A stretch of DNA of 64,000 bases from Vicugna vicugna (lineage: Eukaryota), in assembly GCA_013265495.1 (NCBI GenBank), contig MU058059.1, forward strand, positions 2,083,502 to 2,147,501. Reading direction: 5' to 3'. How positions within the stretch are numbered: position 1 is the first letter of the stretch; the number at the start of each line of letters is the position of its first letter. Of this stretch, positions 49,640-60,690 are shown in pieces. A program made the position numbers and the translations under genes. The notes under the pieces were generated by a model. That model saw nothing but the letters and a program-made list of their open reading frames with translations. It was not told the origin of the DNA and ran no database searches.

Positions 49640-51275
49640 TGAAATCTCTATCAAAATCTCAGTGACTTTTTTGCAGAAATAGAAAAAAAAAATCCTAAAA
49701 TTTATATGGGATTTCAAGGGACTCTGAATAGCCAAAGCAATCTTGAAAAAGAACAAAGTTGGGGATCTCACATTTCCTGATTTTAAAACTTATTACTTGA
49801 ATATATGTATGTACATGTGTGACTGGGACATTGCGCTGTACACCAGAAATTGACACATTATAACTGACTATCCTTCAACAACAACAAAAAAAACTTATTA
49901 GAAATCTGTAGTCATAAAAACAGTATGGTACTGGCATAAAAACAGACATATAGACCAACAGAATAGAATAGAGACCCCAGAAATAAACTGTTACATATAT
50001 GGTCGAATGCTTTTTGAGGAAGGTGCCATTTGGTGGGGAAAGGACAGCATTTTCAACAATGCTGTTGGGAAGCAACTCACTTGTAAAAGAATGAAGGCAG
50101 ACCCTTAAACCACATATAAAAATTAACTCAAATGGATAAAGAGCTCAACATAAGAGATAAAACTATAAAACTGTTAGAATTAAATATAGGAAGCAAGCTT
50201 CCTGAATTGGCTTTCACAATAATTTGTTGGATATGACACCAAAACACAGTCAACAGAAGTGAAAGAAGATACATTGGATTAAAACAATTAAAAAGTTGCA
50301 TGAAAGGAAACAACCAACAAAGTGGAAAGACCACTCACAGAGTGGGAGGAAATAGTTGCAAGCCTTGTATCTGATGAGGGTATCCAGAATACACAAAGAA
50401 CGCCTACAACCGAAAAACAACAGTAACAAAACCTGATCCGAAAATGGGCAAAGAACTTGAACAGACATTTCTCCAAAGAAGATGTACATGTGGCCAATAA
50501 GTACATGAAAATATGCTCAGCATTGCTAATTATTTGAGAAATGCAAATTAAAACCATGGTGAGGTGCCACTTCGCACTCATTAGAACGGCTACTATCAAA
50601 ATACAGAAAACACCAAGTGTTTAAGAGCATGTGTGCACAGTTTCTTGTGCACTGCACGGGGGAATGTAAAACGGTGCAGCCACTATGGAAGAAAGAATTG
50701 AGATTCCTCAAAAAACTAAACAAAATTATCACGTGACCCAGAAATTCCAGTTCTGAGTATATACCCCAAAGAATTGAAAACAAAGAATTGAAGAGATATT
50801 TGTACACGTGGTCATAACATTATTCACAATATTGAAAAAGTGGAAGCAACTAAGTGTCCAGGGATTAGTGAACGGATAAATAAATGTGGTCTATATATAC
50901 AATGCAGTATTTCTCAGCCTCAGAAAGGAGGGGTATTCTAACAAATGCTATCCCATGAATGAACTTGTAGAACCTTGTGCTAAGTTCAATAAGCCAGTCA
51001 CAGAAAAATGAATCCTGATGGTTCCACTTGGGCTACCTAGAGTAGTCAAATTCATAGAGACAGCAAGTACCATGCTGGTTGCCGGGGCCAGGGGGGTGGG
51101 GGAGATGGCGAGCTGTCATCTCATGGGCATGGAGTTTCAGTTTGGGAAGATGAAAAAGTTAGAAAGATTGGTTGTAAAACCATGTGGATGTACTTAAACT
51201 TAAAACTAGCTTAAGATGATAAACTTTATGCTATGTTAAATGTTATGTTATTTACCACAATTAAAAAACTTGAAA
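49640..51275 (+). mobile_element. Older L1 (L1MA/MB-like): decayed 3' part of ORF2 plus 3'UTR
   Basis: aatcctaaaatttatatgg...aatagccaaagcaatcttgaaaaagaacaaagt...aaaacagtatggtactggcataaaaacagacatatagacca...agacatttctccaaagaaga...tttaccacaattaaaaa. Many stops and frameshifts. Confidence 0.95.
49796..49889 (+). mobile_element. Younger short L1 3' terminus nested in the older L1
   Basis: gactgggacattgcgctgtacaccagaaattgacacattataactgact. Perfect TSD aaaacttatta at 49785-49795 and 49890-49900. Confidence 0.9.
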
Positions 51276-52191
51276 CACACACACACACAAAACTGAAAAC
51301 CCCAGTGTAATCGATGGAAAGCTAGAGCAGGGACCGAGAGATTTGGACTCCTGTTCTGATTTTGGTTAATGTGTTTCTTAGCTTGACTCAGCTAAAAGAT
51401 AAGTGACAAGCGGTGCTAGAAAAGCACTCTGAGCGGTTTTTAAAAGGATGGTATTGTTATTAAGGACCATCAGCGTAATTACATTATTAAAACACTGCAC
51501 TCTCGAAACAAACCCTTTGCCCTGACCAATTTGAGGCAAAAACAGGTGACTGAGAGCCTATCTTGTCTGCTCATATTAACACCCTAACAGAAGAAAGAGG
51601 GCAAACCTGAAAAAAATGCAGTAATTTACTTAAAAGCAATTTTAAAGGGAAAAAAAATAATAACAGTAAACCTGTGACCCAGGTTTCATTTGCTGTTAGG
51701 GATGAACTTGGAGGGGTCTTGGAGGCTTACATCATGAATCGAAACTAATTTGAGTTTGGATGATTTTCTTTTTCGCATGGTGTATTTAACTCTTGTCAGA
51801 TGGATATATGGAGAAATATGTGTTTAGACGTGCATAATAAATTAAGCTAAATCCATTTTCTTCATTTAGGGATTTAACACAGAGAAAGCTCTGCACAGGT
51901 CTGGTCTCGTTAGACACTCGCACCTGTCAGAGACTGGCATAGAGTTATTAACGTAGCAGAAGGGAGAGATGTGGTCCCCATACTCACGTGCGCTCCCTGA
52001 GCCCTGTTAACTGGACTCCCGGGTGCCCCGTGTAATGGGCTTGTTGCTAGGTAACAGACACACGGACCCTGGAAAGCCTTTCCTCGGGGCTGCGTATATT
52101 TTCTACAAAAGCCCCGGCTTCTGTGGTCTGGAAACCGTTTCCATTACTCATTGTCTCTGTTGCTCTTCTTCCCATTTGTTTTTGTTTACAG

Positions 52192-52287
52192 ATTCCCAAT
52201 TTAACAAATGAGTTCATACATCTTATGCCATTAAAGAGCTGTGTAAAATAGAGACCCCACTCTCGTGGTAGAGGTTGACTCCAGCAG
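52192..52287 (+). other. Candidate non-coding exon (96 nt)
   Basis: Long AG-free pyrimidine tract 52141-52189 with branch-like CTCAT, acceptor ttacAG, donor CAG|GTAATT. Stop codons in all three frames. Confidence 0.35.
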
Positions 52288-52479
52288 GTAATTTAATAGA
52301 GAACATTTGGCTATTGGTATCTGTCTCCACTCTGTACAAGGAAGGGCGTTAGGAAAAGCTTGCAACCATATGAAAATGTTTCTTAACAATAGAACGCTGT
52401 CTTAAATACCGGTTCAACCAAGCAAATGAAAAAACAAATAGAATTGCTCTTTCAAATCACAAGTGTTTGCAGGCCAGGT

Positions 52480-52765
52480 GGATAAATTTGAAAATGTACT
52501 AGACATTCGATGCAATTAAGAATATACATTGTTATAGTGTTAGAGGTGTAAGTCGTGTGTGATTATGTACAAGAATGTTCTCCTTTTTTGAAGATGATGC
52601 TATAATATCTGTAAATTACTTTAAAATGATTCAGCAAAAACTAGAGATAAAGCAAGTAGGACAAAATATTACCAATTATTAGATCTGGAGGGCATAATAC
52701 ATGGAAGTTCATTGTTCTGTTCTTTCATTTTTTTATGCCTGAAATTTTTCATAATGAAAAGTAAT
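52480..52765 (+). mobile_element. Old L1 (L1ME/MC-like) 3' fragment
   Basis: aattactttaaaatgattcagcaaaa...ggaagttcattgt...gcctgaaatttttcataat. Confidence 0.6.
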
Positions 52766-55700
52766 TTGTAATAGAAACAAGGAGACCCACAGCTACCATC
52801 TTAGGAAGAAGGTCTTGTAACATGGAAGATCAATTTCTTCTTCTCCTGAAAAGAATGAGAAGAATGTTAAAGTGTGGGGGTGGAGTAGCAAAGTAGGAGG
52901 AAAGAGATGGGGGAAGCCCGGAGGGGAAAAGTATGACACTGAGGACCTTATGGAGTGAACTGGCCGTTAACGAATCTCAGCGTTGAGTGAACAATGACTC
53001 AGTCTGAAATCATTGTGTTTCTGAAATGTAATCCCCTCCTTTGTGAATCACACTTATTCAGTAAATTGAGATACACTCAGAATGCTTTGTGAGAGTGAAA
53101 AATGTGTCAGGTGTCAACATCCATGTTGTAGAAAGAGCCAAAAGATATTGGATGTCAAATAATCCGTGAACTCACTCATTTCCATAGAAGCCAGGGTCAA
53201 AGGGGATCACAAGAATTTGAGATCATGGAAATTCATGGAAATCTTGGGAAGGGTTTGAACCCTACAAAGCATGGAATTGGATCTGAAGCAATCTCATCAT
53301 GATCTCAGGGCTCAGGGACAGCTCAGCCTGCACCGTGGGGCGAAGGCAGAGGGCTTGGGCACAGGTAAGGGCTGTTGTGAAGATGCGGTGGAAGCACTTC
53401 CACGGGCTTCTTCTGATTCCTAGAAAGTGGGAGAGCCTAGCCTACCTCCTTTTTGTTTTGGCCAGGCATTGTCAAATAAGGAAACTGCAAGAAAGAAATG
53501 TACGTCTCTAAATGCAGGATCATAAACTAGAAGAATGTGATCTTGATTAAACTGTTTATTCCATCTTGTGAACAAAGGTAAAGGAGAAGAGAAAAAACTG
53601 CCTGTAATAACAGTACACATTTTAATACTTGCTCCAATAAGCAAAAAGTTACTTACTTCCCAGAGTATTCTAAAGGTAAAAGAGAGGAGGGGGAAGAAAG
53701 TGGATTCAGCATTTGACTACAGCAGAAAAGGCTTAACAGCCTCCAAGGGAGTTCCTAAGAAAGCGGTTTAGAAGGAAGCCGTGCGCGCACGCGCACACAC
53801 GTAGGCACGCACACAGCTGGTACACTCGACACGCTGAACCTCTCCCGCCCCTGACAGATCACAGTCTTGGGAGTTATGTCCGTGGGACTGGGACGCCTTT
53901 ACTCAGACAGCTTATTTTTTGACCTTGCAGTTGTTATGTGCCGGTCACAATGACATGTACCCTGCTCTTCTCTTATAAATAAAGGCAATTTACTCATCAG
54001 CTGTCAAACAGTGCTCGAAGATACCTATTTATTTTATTTTTTTTTCATGTTCATAACTTAATCCTCTAAGTGGGTGGGGTAGACTTCACAGAGATCATGG
54101 GATTCTGAGCCTGATGGGAAATCATTGCTGCTCCCACCCCAGGTGGAGCGCATCTCTGAGAGTCTAGGATGCAGGTGTGGTGGCAGCAGGCCCTGGGCGC
54201 CACCGACCACCACACTGCCTGCTGATTCTCCCAGAGACCTTTGCAGGGACAAGGGTCTGTCAGCTTTGGGCTGCAACTCCCCCAGCCAAGGGTCTCCAGG
54301 AGTCACATGAGCAATATCTGTTCTCGTCTCATTTAGTGATTTTCCATCACTTCCCAGAATCTGCGAGTTTTCCAGATGTGCTTTGAGTGTCTATTCACCT
54401 CCAATGAGTGAACATTCCAAATTCTAGTTGACTCACTCAGGCCCTAAAAGTCATCTAACCTTTAATTAATCTATTTGCCGCCTGGGAGACAGCCATTGTC
54501 AAGCCAAAGTTTCTGGCCTGGGTCATGCCTGTCTCTTGCAGAGACAGATTATATATATAGTTAGCTATATCATCAGAGAAAGATCTGGTAGGCAGAAGGG
54601 TTTTATTTGTGCAGAAGGCCCTGTGTTATCTTTTATGCTGGTCACACCTCTTTTTTTCCAAGCCTCCTTCTGCATCATGAAAATGTATCATAGCTACGAA
54701 AGCTCCCGCATCAGGAGTCCTCTGAGGCCCGAACTGATTTAAACCCTGGGCCGGCTTTCCTGTTTGCCCTTTTCTTCCCATGGAAACAGAATCCGTGCTG
54801 AATGGCCGGGGTTCAGGGGAGGGAGTGTTTACCACAGGGAGAGCCAGCACTCTATCCTGACTCTCCGTTTCCAGGTCTAGATTACAGATTAATCTTTATT
54901 CAGGCACAGAAACCCTTGATTTATGTCACTAATAAGTATGTGCTTTGTGCTGCAGTCACCACGAACTGCTCAGAATACATGATGCACTGGTTGTAAATTG
55001 ATAACCATCTACTGTAGATCATGGGCAGCTCAGAATAAGACAACGATGGAAATCAAATTCACTGGATATGGCCCGGACCCAGGATGCAAATCCTAGCCCT
55101 TGCGTCAGGGCATTTTAGCCTAATCCAAATTACCCAGCACATCACCAACGTCCATCTCTTGATTTCACAAAGAACACAGACGCTTGCTTTGTCATGAGTC
55201 TTGCTTAGGAATCAAACTATACACTAAGAACCTCAGTCCCACAAATGAAAAATTGCTCCATTGTCTGCTTGTCTCCTAGGGAAAGGAGGGTCTTGACGGA
55301 TTACGAAAGAGGTAAACTTCAAACACTACTTGAATAAACTTTGACTCCATACAGAAGGGCATAATGCCTTTTCCCCGGGGTCTTCACCAAAAGAATGTAT
55401 CATTTCCAAGTGAGAAGCAACACGGTGGATTCAAGCCCAGCAGAGCCCAGCCCCATGGGCATTACTCTCTTCACCCAGTCCCTTTCCTTCTCTACTTGCT
55501 TTCACTAATCAAGTTCCCAAAGGAATATGCCGAGTTAAGGCTTCAGTTTTGTTCATCGCTTCATGGGGTTGCTTTTCAGAAAGCATTTGTGATAGTCCTT
55601 GAAATGGAACATAATGAATGGAAATTCACAAGAAGCATTAATGAGGTTGAAATGCCTTTACATCCATCTTGGAATGCTGGGACCTTCGGGAACTGCATTT

Positions 55701-57261
55701 CAGCCCAGGTGGCAAGGTAATTGAGCTTTGCACAGTGAACTGCGTGAGGTCGGTGCTTGCAGGGTCTGATAAGCTCTTGCATAAAGGGGGTGATTCTTGA
55801 AGTGATTACACCCTAAAATTGACCTGATTGTTGGAGTCCCCTGGGAGCGACTTTTACAATTTGTATCAATAACCATTTTCCCCAGAAAATGGGGGTGGGG
55901 AGGAAGCATCGAAAACCTGGTTGTCCTTTCACACACTGCGCACCAAGGAGAGACGATCCCACTTTCTCTGAAGTTCTGAATTGTGACATTAAATAGCACA
56001 AGGAAATAAAAGCATGGCACTCCACCAGGACTGTCAGCTGAGATGGAAAACCTGATTAGCAGCAAATTTGGCACCTGAGACTTCTGCAAATGGAATGAAT
56101 TGCCAAAGGCGTGTCTTGCTGCGAGAACATTGCCTTTTCATACAGTTAAAGCAGAAGTATGTGCTACACGATATGGTGCATTAATTGTTTTCTTAGGAAG
56201 CAGCAGTCTAAATATAATTTTTAGTACGTGCTTTGGTCAGAGGCATTTTATGTAGCTGGATCTATGTATCAGAGTTGACTATTTTATTAAATGCTAAAAT
56301 TTTTAAAGAAATTGTGTCATATTTACAAATTATTTATACCAGCAAAAAAAAAAAAAACCCCAAAAAACAACCATATAGGGCATGCTTAGGTTAATTACTG
56401 CCAGAGAGATTTTGGAGGTTTTGACATATTTTCAATTTCAGTGAAAAAAACTCAGGACTGCTTAGAGTGTTATGCCAATAACTAATTCTTCCAGATGAAG
56501 ATGTGTTGCTGTATGAAACTTAGCTGTCAAGATGGACAGTTTGGGTCTGTAGTGATACAGCTTATGAAATGAAAAGTTCTGGAAGACATGAGAAAAGTCA
56601 ACTAGGCCAGTCCCCTGTCTCTGTTCATCACCATGGCGACTGCATCTCAAACATTTATATTTCTCATTTCCTGATAAAGCTGAAGTACGAAGCCAGATTG
56701 ATTACCACATCTGGTAAAGGAGGGAGAGAGTACAACTAAAAATGTAGCATCAAATATATTTGATACAGCATTTTTGTTATTGTTTTTCAAAGTGACACGA
56801 TTTTTTACCTGCCTTCCCAGAGCCTGAAGTTCTGCTGGATGTGTCGGGGACCAGTATAGGAACCGACTGGGGAGAACACACAAACCACAATTATCCTGCT
56901 TGCTCTCCGCTCTGAAAAGAGCAACTTCACGTTATCTCCCGGGAATACCAGGGTTTAAGAGAGAAGTGTTCTGCTACTGAAAGGAGTTTGTGAACAACTG
57001 GCTTGTTTTCATCTAACACCAAAAAACATTTCAGGATATTATAGGCAAAGATTTAAACATAAAAACCTATTCATGACATACTGTTAAATTTTGAATGGTG
57101 GAAAAAAAAAAAGAAGTGTGAACATTATAAGCCCTTTTTTGCAAATACACTCCTATTTACACATAAAAAAGATGAATAAAATAAAATCATTGAAAGCTGA
57201 GTGTTGGAAAGTAAGGTAACTTTTAAAATATTCTGTTTGCTTCTCTGTATTTCCTCAACTT

Positions 57262-57770
57262 CTTGTTTTGAAATAATTCTATATTCACAGGAATTGCAGA
57301 AAGATTAGAGAGGCCCTGGGTACCCCTAACCCCACTCCTCCAATGGTAACATCAATAGTACCAAAATTGTAGTGCAGTATCAAAACTAGGAAATTAACAC
57401 TGGCACAACGTTGTTGTGTCTTTGTTCAGATTTCTCCAATTTTACATACACTTGCATTGTGCGTGCGTGTGCGTGCGTGCGTGTGCGTGCGTGCATGTGC
57501 GTGCGTGTGCGTGCGTGCGTGTGCGTGCGTGCATGTGCGTGTGTGCGTGCGTGCGTGTGCGTGTGCGTGCCTGCACAAAGTTCTGTGTGATTTTATCACA
57601 TGTTTAGATTTGTGTGACCAGGGCAAAAACCAAGACAAAGAAGAGTTCCATCACCAACAAGATCTCTTCTACTGTACTTTGATAGTGACCACCCCCAACC
57701 CTGTCCCTGAGCCCTGGGAACCACTAGATCAGTCCTCTACTCCCATCTCTGTACCGCCTTGATCATTTCA
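57262..57770 (-). mobile_element. Old L1 3'UTR (L1MB/MC-like) containing a microsatellite
   Basis: ttttgaaataattctatattcacaggaattgca...caatggtaacatc...cagtatcaaaactaggaaatt...tttatcacatgtttagatttgtgtgacca. Confidence 0.8.
57458..57570. repeat. (GTGC/GT)n compound microsatellite
   Basis: 113 bp of uninterrupted purine-pyrimidine alternation. Confidence 0.95.
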
Positions 57771-57839
57771 AAGTGAACAGCGGAAAAGAAAATGAGGATA
57801 AACAGTAAAGTAGTAGAGTGAAGCCTTAACCTGTTGATA

Positions 57840-58040
57840 ATTAAATTAAATGTAAATTCATCTTAACACGCCAATTAAAAGACAGAAATTGGTAGACTGA
57901 CTATACCATCTAAAGTAAACATCAAGTGTATCTGCGTATAGGTAGGTTGAAAGAAAAAAATGGGAAAAGACATATCATGTAAACATTAGTCAAAAGAGAA
58001 CAGGAATTGACGTCAGATAAAGCAGACTTTAGGGCAAAGT
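57840..58040 (+). mobile_element. Old L1 ORF2 5' (endonuclease-region) fragment
   Basis: aaatgtaaat...ccaattaaaagacagaaattgg...aggttgaaag...tgggaaaagacatatcatgtaaaca...tcagataaagcagacttta. Confidence 0.75.
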
Positions 58041-58264
58041 GGCAAGTGTCCTAGGCTGCCTTCCACCTTTCAGCAGCTCCTTACTCATTCGCTGTGTTAT
58101 GTCCAGGGGTTTTTAGTTAAGAGCCAGGATGGTAGGAGTAGTAAACACAGGGCCACTCTGTTGTGGCCAGAATTGAAGTCTCAGTACTTTTCTTATGTCT
58201 AAAATAAATTATATATTTAAATAGTTTTTTTAAAGTATACTTAACTTATTAAAATAAATTAAAC

Positions 58265-58285
58265 TATATATATATATATATATAT
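58265..58285. repeat. (TA)n microsatellite
   Basis: Read directly. Confidence 0.9.
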
Positions 58286-58589
58286 GAAAGAACTTAAAAT
58301 TTACATTGAATTTTGAATTGCAAATCAAAATGAATTTTAATTTAATGAATTTCAATTTTGAAATTTTATTGGTTCGTTACCCCAAAATATTCTTGATCTC
58401 CTACTTGGTGCCAGGCCCCTTGATGAACGAACACTGGGGTGGGCGTTTGTCAAGGAAGGCCCTGGAACTGGTGGCCCTTCTCACTGTAGATGATCTATAG
58501 TGAGAAGACAATACACTACGTGAAGTGCTATGAGCAAAATCAACTGGTGACTCGGTGGGGCAGGGGGTGGCCAGGGGCGTTCCAATATA

Positions 58590-58705
58590 ACCTGACTTAT
58601 AGTCACTGCAATTTGAATTTCATGGAATTTTCACATGTCATGAAATAGTCTTTTTCTTTGGGCATTTTTCAAGCACTTACAACTGCAAAAAATACATAGT
58701 CTGTG
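58590..58705. mobile_element. MER58B-like (hAT-Charlie) fragment
   Basis: atttgaatttcatggaattttcacatgtcatgaaatag. Confidence 0.6.
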
Positions 58706-58724
58706 TAGCTGCTCCTCCAGCAGG

Positions 58725-58870
58725 CTGTGCAGGTGCTCACCCCAGGCCCTTTGCACTGGCTGTGCTTCTGCCTGATCCACCTGATTCCCATTTCGTATCC
58801 TTCTAGTCTTTGCTCAAGTGTCACCAGCCCAGTGAGGCCTTTCCTGGTTCCCCCACTTAAAATGGCACTT
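58725..58870 (+). mobile_element. L2 fragment
   Basis: caggccctttgcactggctgtgcttctgcctg...ctcaagtgtcacc...cagtgaggcctttcctg. Confidence 0.75.
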
Positions 58871-59479
58871 AAGTTAGGTAGGCAGGTAGATAGATTATCA
58901 ATTATTTGGATGGATTAAAAACACAGTCTTTTGCCACGAGGCTACCTCTTCCAAAGAACTTTCGTTTATTCATTCTCCATTTCCCTCAGCAGGGAAAATT
59001 AAAGTTAAAAGACTCATTTTGTCATTTTTCTTTCTGAAGGCAAAGCATTTGTAAAATAATGTCAGGACTGTGAGTTTAAGGTCAGGTCTGCAGAGCAGTA
59101 AAAGCAACTGGCTTAAAATGTATCCTGGTATTTGCGTCCTGAAGGAGCTTGCATCTAATTGGTGCATTCAGCCATCTTGATCACCACACAATCTGCTTTT
59201 AATCTGGACGAGGACACTATGCGTCATGGCCAAAGACACCTCTGCATGGAGACCAAACACGTACAGATGGGAATGTGCAGGTTGCAGTTAAAAGCTATTT
59301 CAGATGTAAAGCTGTGTTTTCAAATCCATTTCTATTTGTTGTTTGATAAGAGGATCTGATCGTGAGGGATGGAGAGAGGGGAAGTGCGCTGTGATTTCAA
59401 GAAACACTTGAAGGGGAAAACTCGGCAGGAAGTTACCCTCTTTAGGGCCTAATATGTGAAAGGCAGTGTGTGCACATGA

Positions 59480-59501
59480 GTGTGTGTGTGTGTGTGTGTG
59501 T
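59480..59501. repeat. (GT)n microsatellite
   Basis: Read directly. Confidence 0.9.
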
Positions 59502-60504
59502 AAGCTTTGAGGCTATAGTCTAGGTGAATGTGACTACTGAGTCTTCTATTTGATTAACCTTCAGAATCAACTGGTTAATCACAAATGATCTGTTGAGAGA
59601 GTCTCTGAGCAAAATATTTGCTATTAATTACGCAGACTTAACATTTACTAAAACTCTCAGCCTAAGTGTGTTTAATTTTAGAATGAGAAATAGAGCCCAG
59701 TTTCTTCTTAAAGCCTTGAATAATGGTTGCACGTCTCCCTGGGGTCTACTGGCCACTGGGCACGGCGCGAAGCACTCTGCCTAAAACAAGGACACGAGGC
59801 TCCTTGCTGGGGACGGACAGGCAGAGGCTCACGGGTACAGACGAGGGAAGCAAGTTAAGTAAGCAGTAAACATTTCGCCATGCGTATTCAAGTCAAACCT
59901 CTGAATATATTAGTCGGGATGTTGAAGAAACATATAGACACATAGAATCATGAGGGCTTAAGACAAGAGAGAGGCCATCCCCAAGACAGTCCGTTATGGG
60001 GCCTGAGGAGCTTGGAGCACACAGAAGGCGAGGGAACTTGGATGGGACCACAGCAATGACACTCAAGTCCCTGAAGCCCCATCACCCCTGAGTCGTAGCC
60101 TCAGAAGCAGGGCTCCCAGGAACCCAGTTTGAAATCCCCTCCTTCCAGCCTCACTAATCCCCCTCCTGGCTGTCTCTGCGTTGTGAGACATTTAACTAGT
60201 ACTTTCTGGTTATTAAACACAGTTCTTATGAATGTTAACATTTTAAAAGGAACAACATCTAAATGAACGGCATGACCGTCTTCCACCTTGGATGTTTCCC
60301 CACAAACCGTATAATTGAGGTTCAATTAATGCACCTGTCTATTTGCCTAATGGCCATCAAAGACAGCCAGGTGATCAAAACCAAATGGGTTTCAGTCTTT
60401 GCATCTTGGGGTAAAATTAAAAGATCCAAGGAGCTTGCAGTTTTTTGAGAAAACTTATTTTCACAGCATTGTCATATTACTTCCATACATAATAAGCATC
60501 ATGA

Positions 60505-60690
60505 TAAACAACCACTACATGCGTTGTCTCCTCTCATCCTCAAACAGCTGGTTAAGGTAGTCGATGGTGTTTCCACAGGACAAAGTGAGGGTGCGGGGAG
60601 TGGGGTCACTGGCCCGAGGTCCGCAGCTGGACCCTGAGCTGAGACCGTGTGACCCCACAGAGGGCGAACATCCTCCTGCACCATTCGCCT
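60505..60690 (-). mobile_element. MIR SINE (degenerate)
   Basis: ctcatcctcaaacagc...acaggacaaagtgagg...tggcccgaggtccgcagctgg. Confidence 0.55.

Noticed and set aside
49583..50807. Cluster of minus-strand ORFs
   Set aside because: Antisense readings of decayed L1 ORF2.
57416..57762. Cys/Val/Arg/Ala and His/Ala/Arg/Thr repeat ORFs
   Set aside because: Translation of the (GTGC)n microsatellite.
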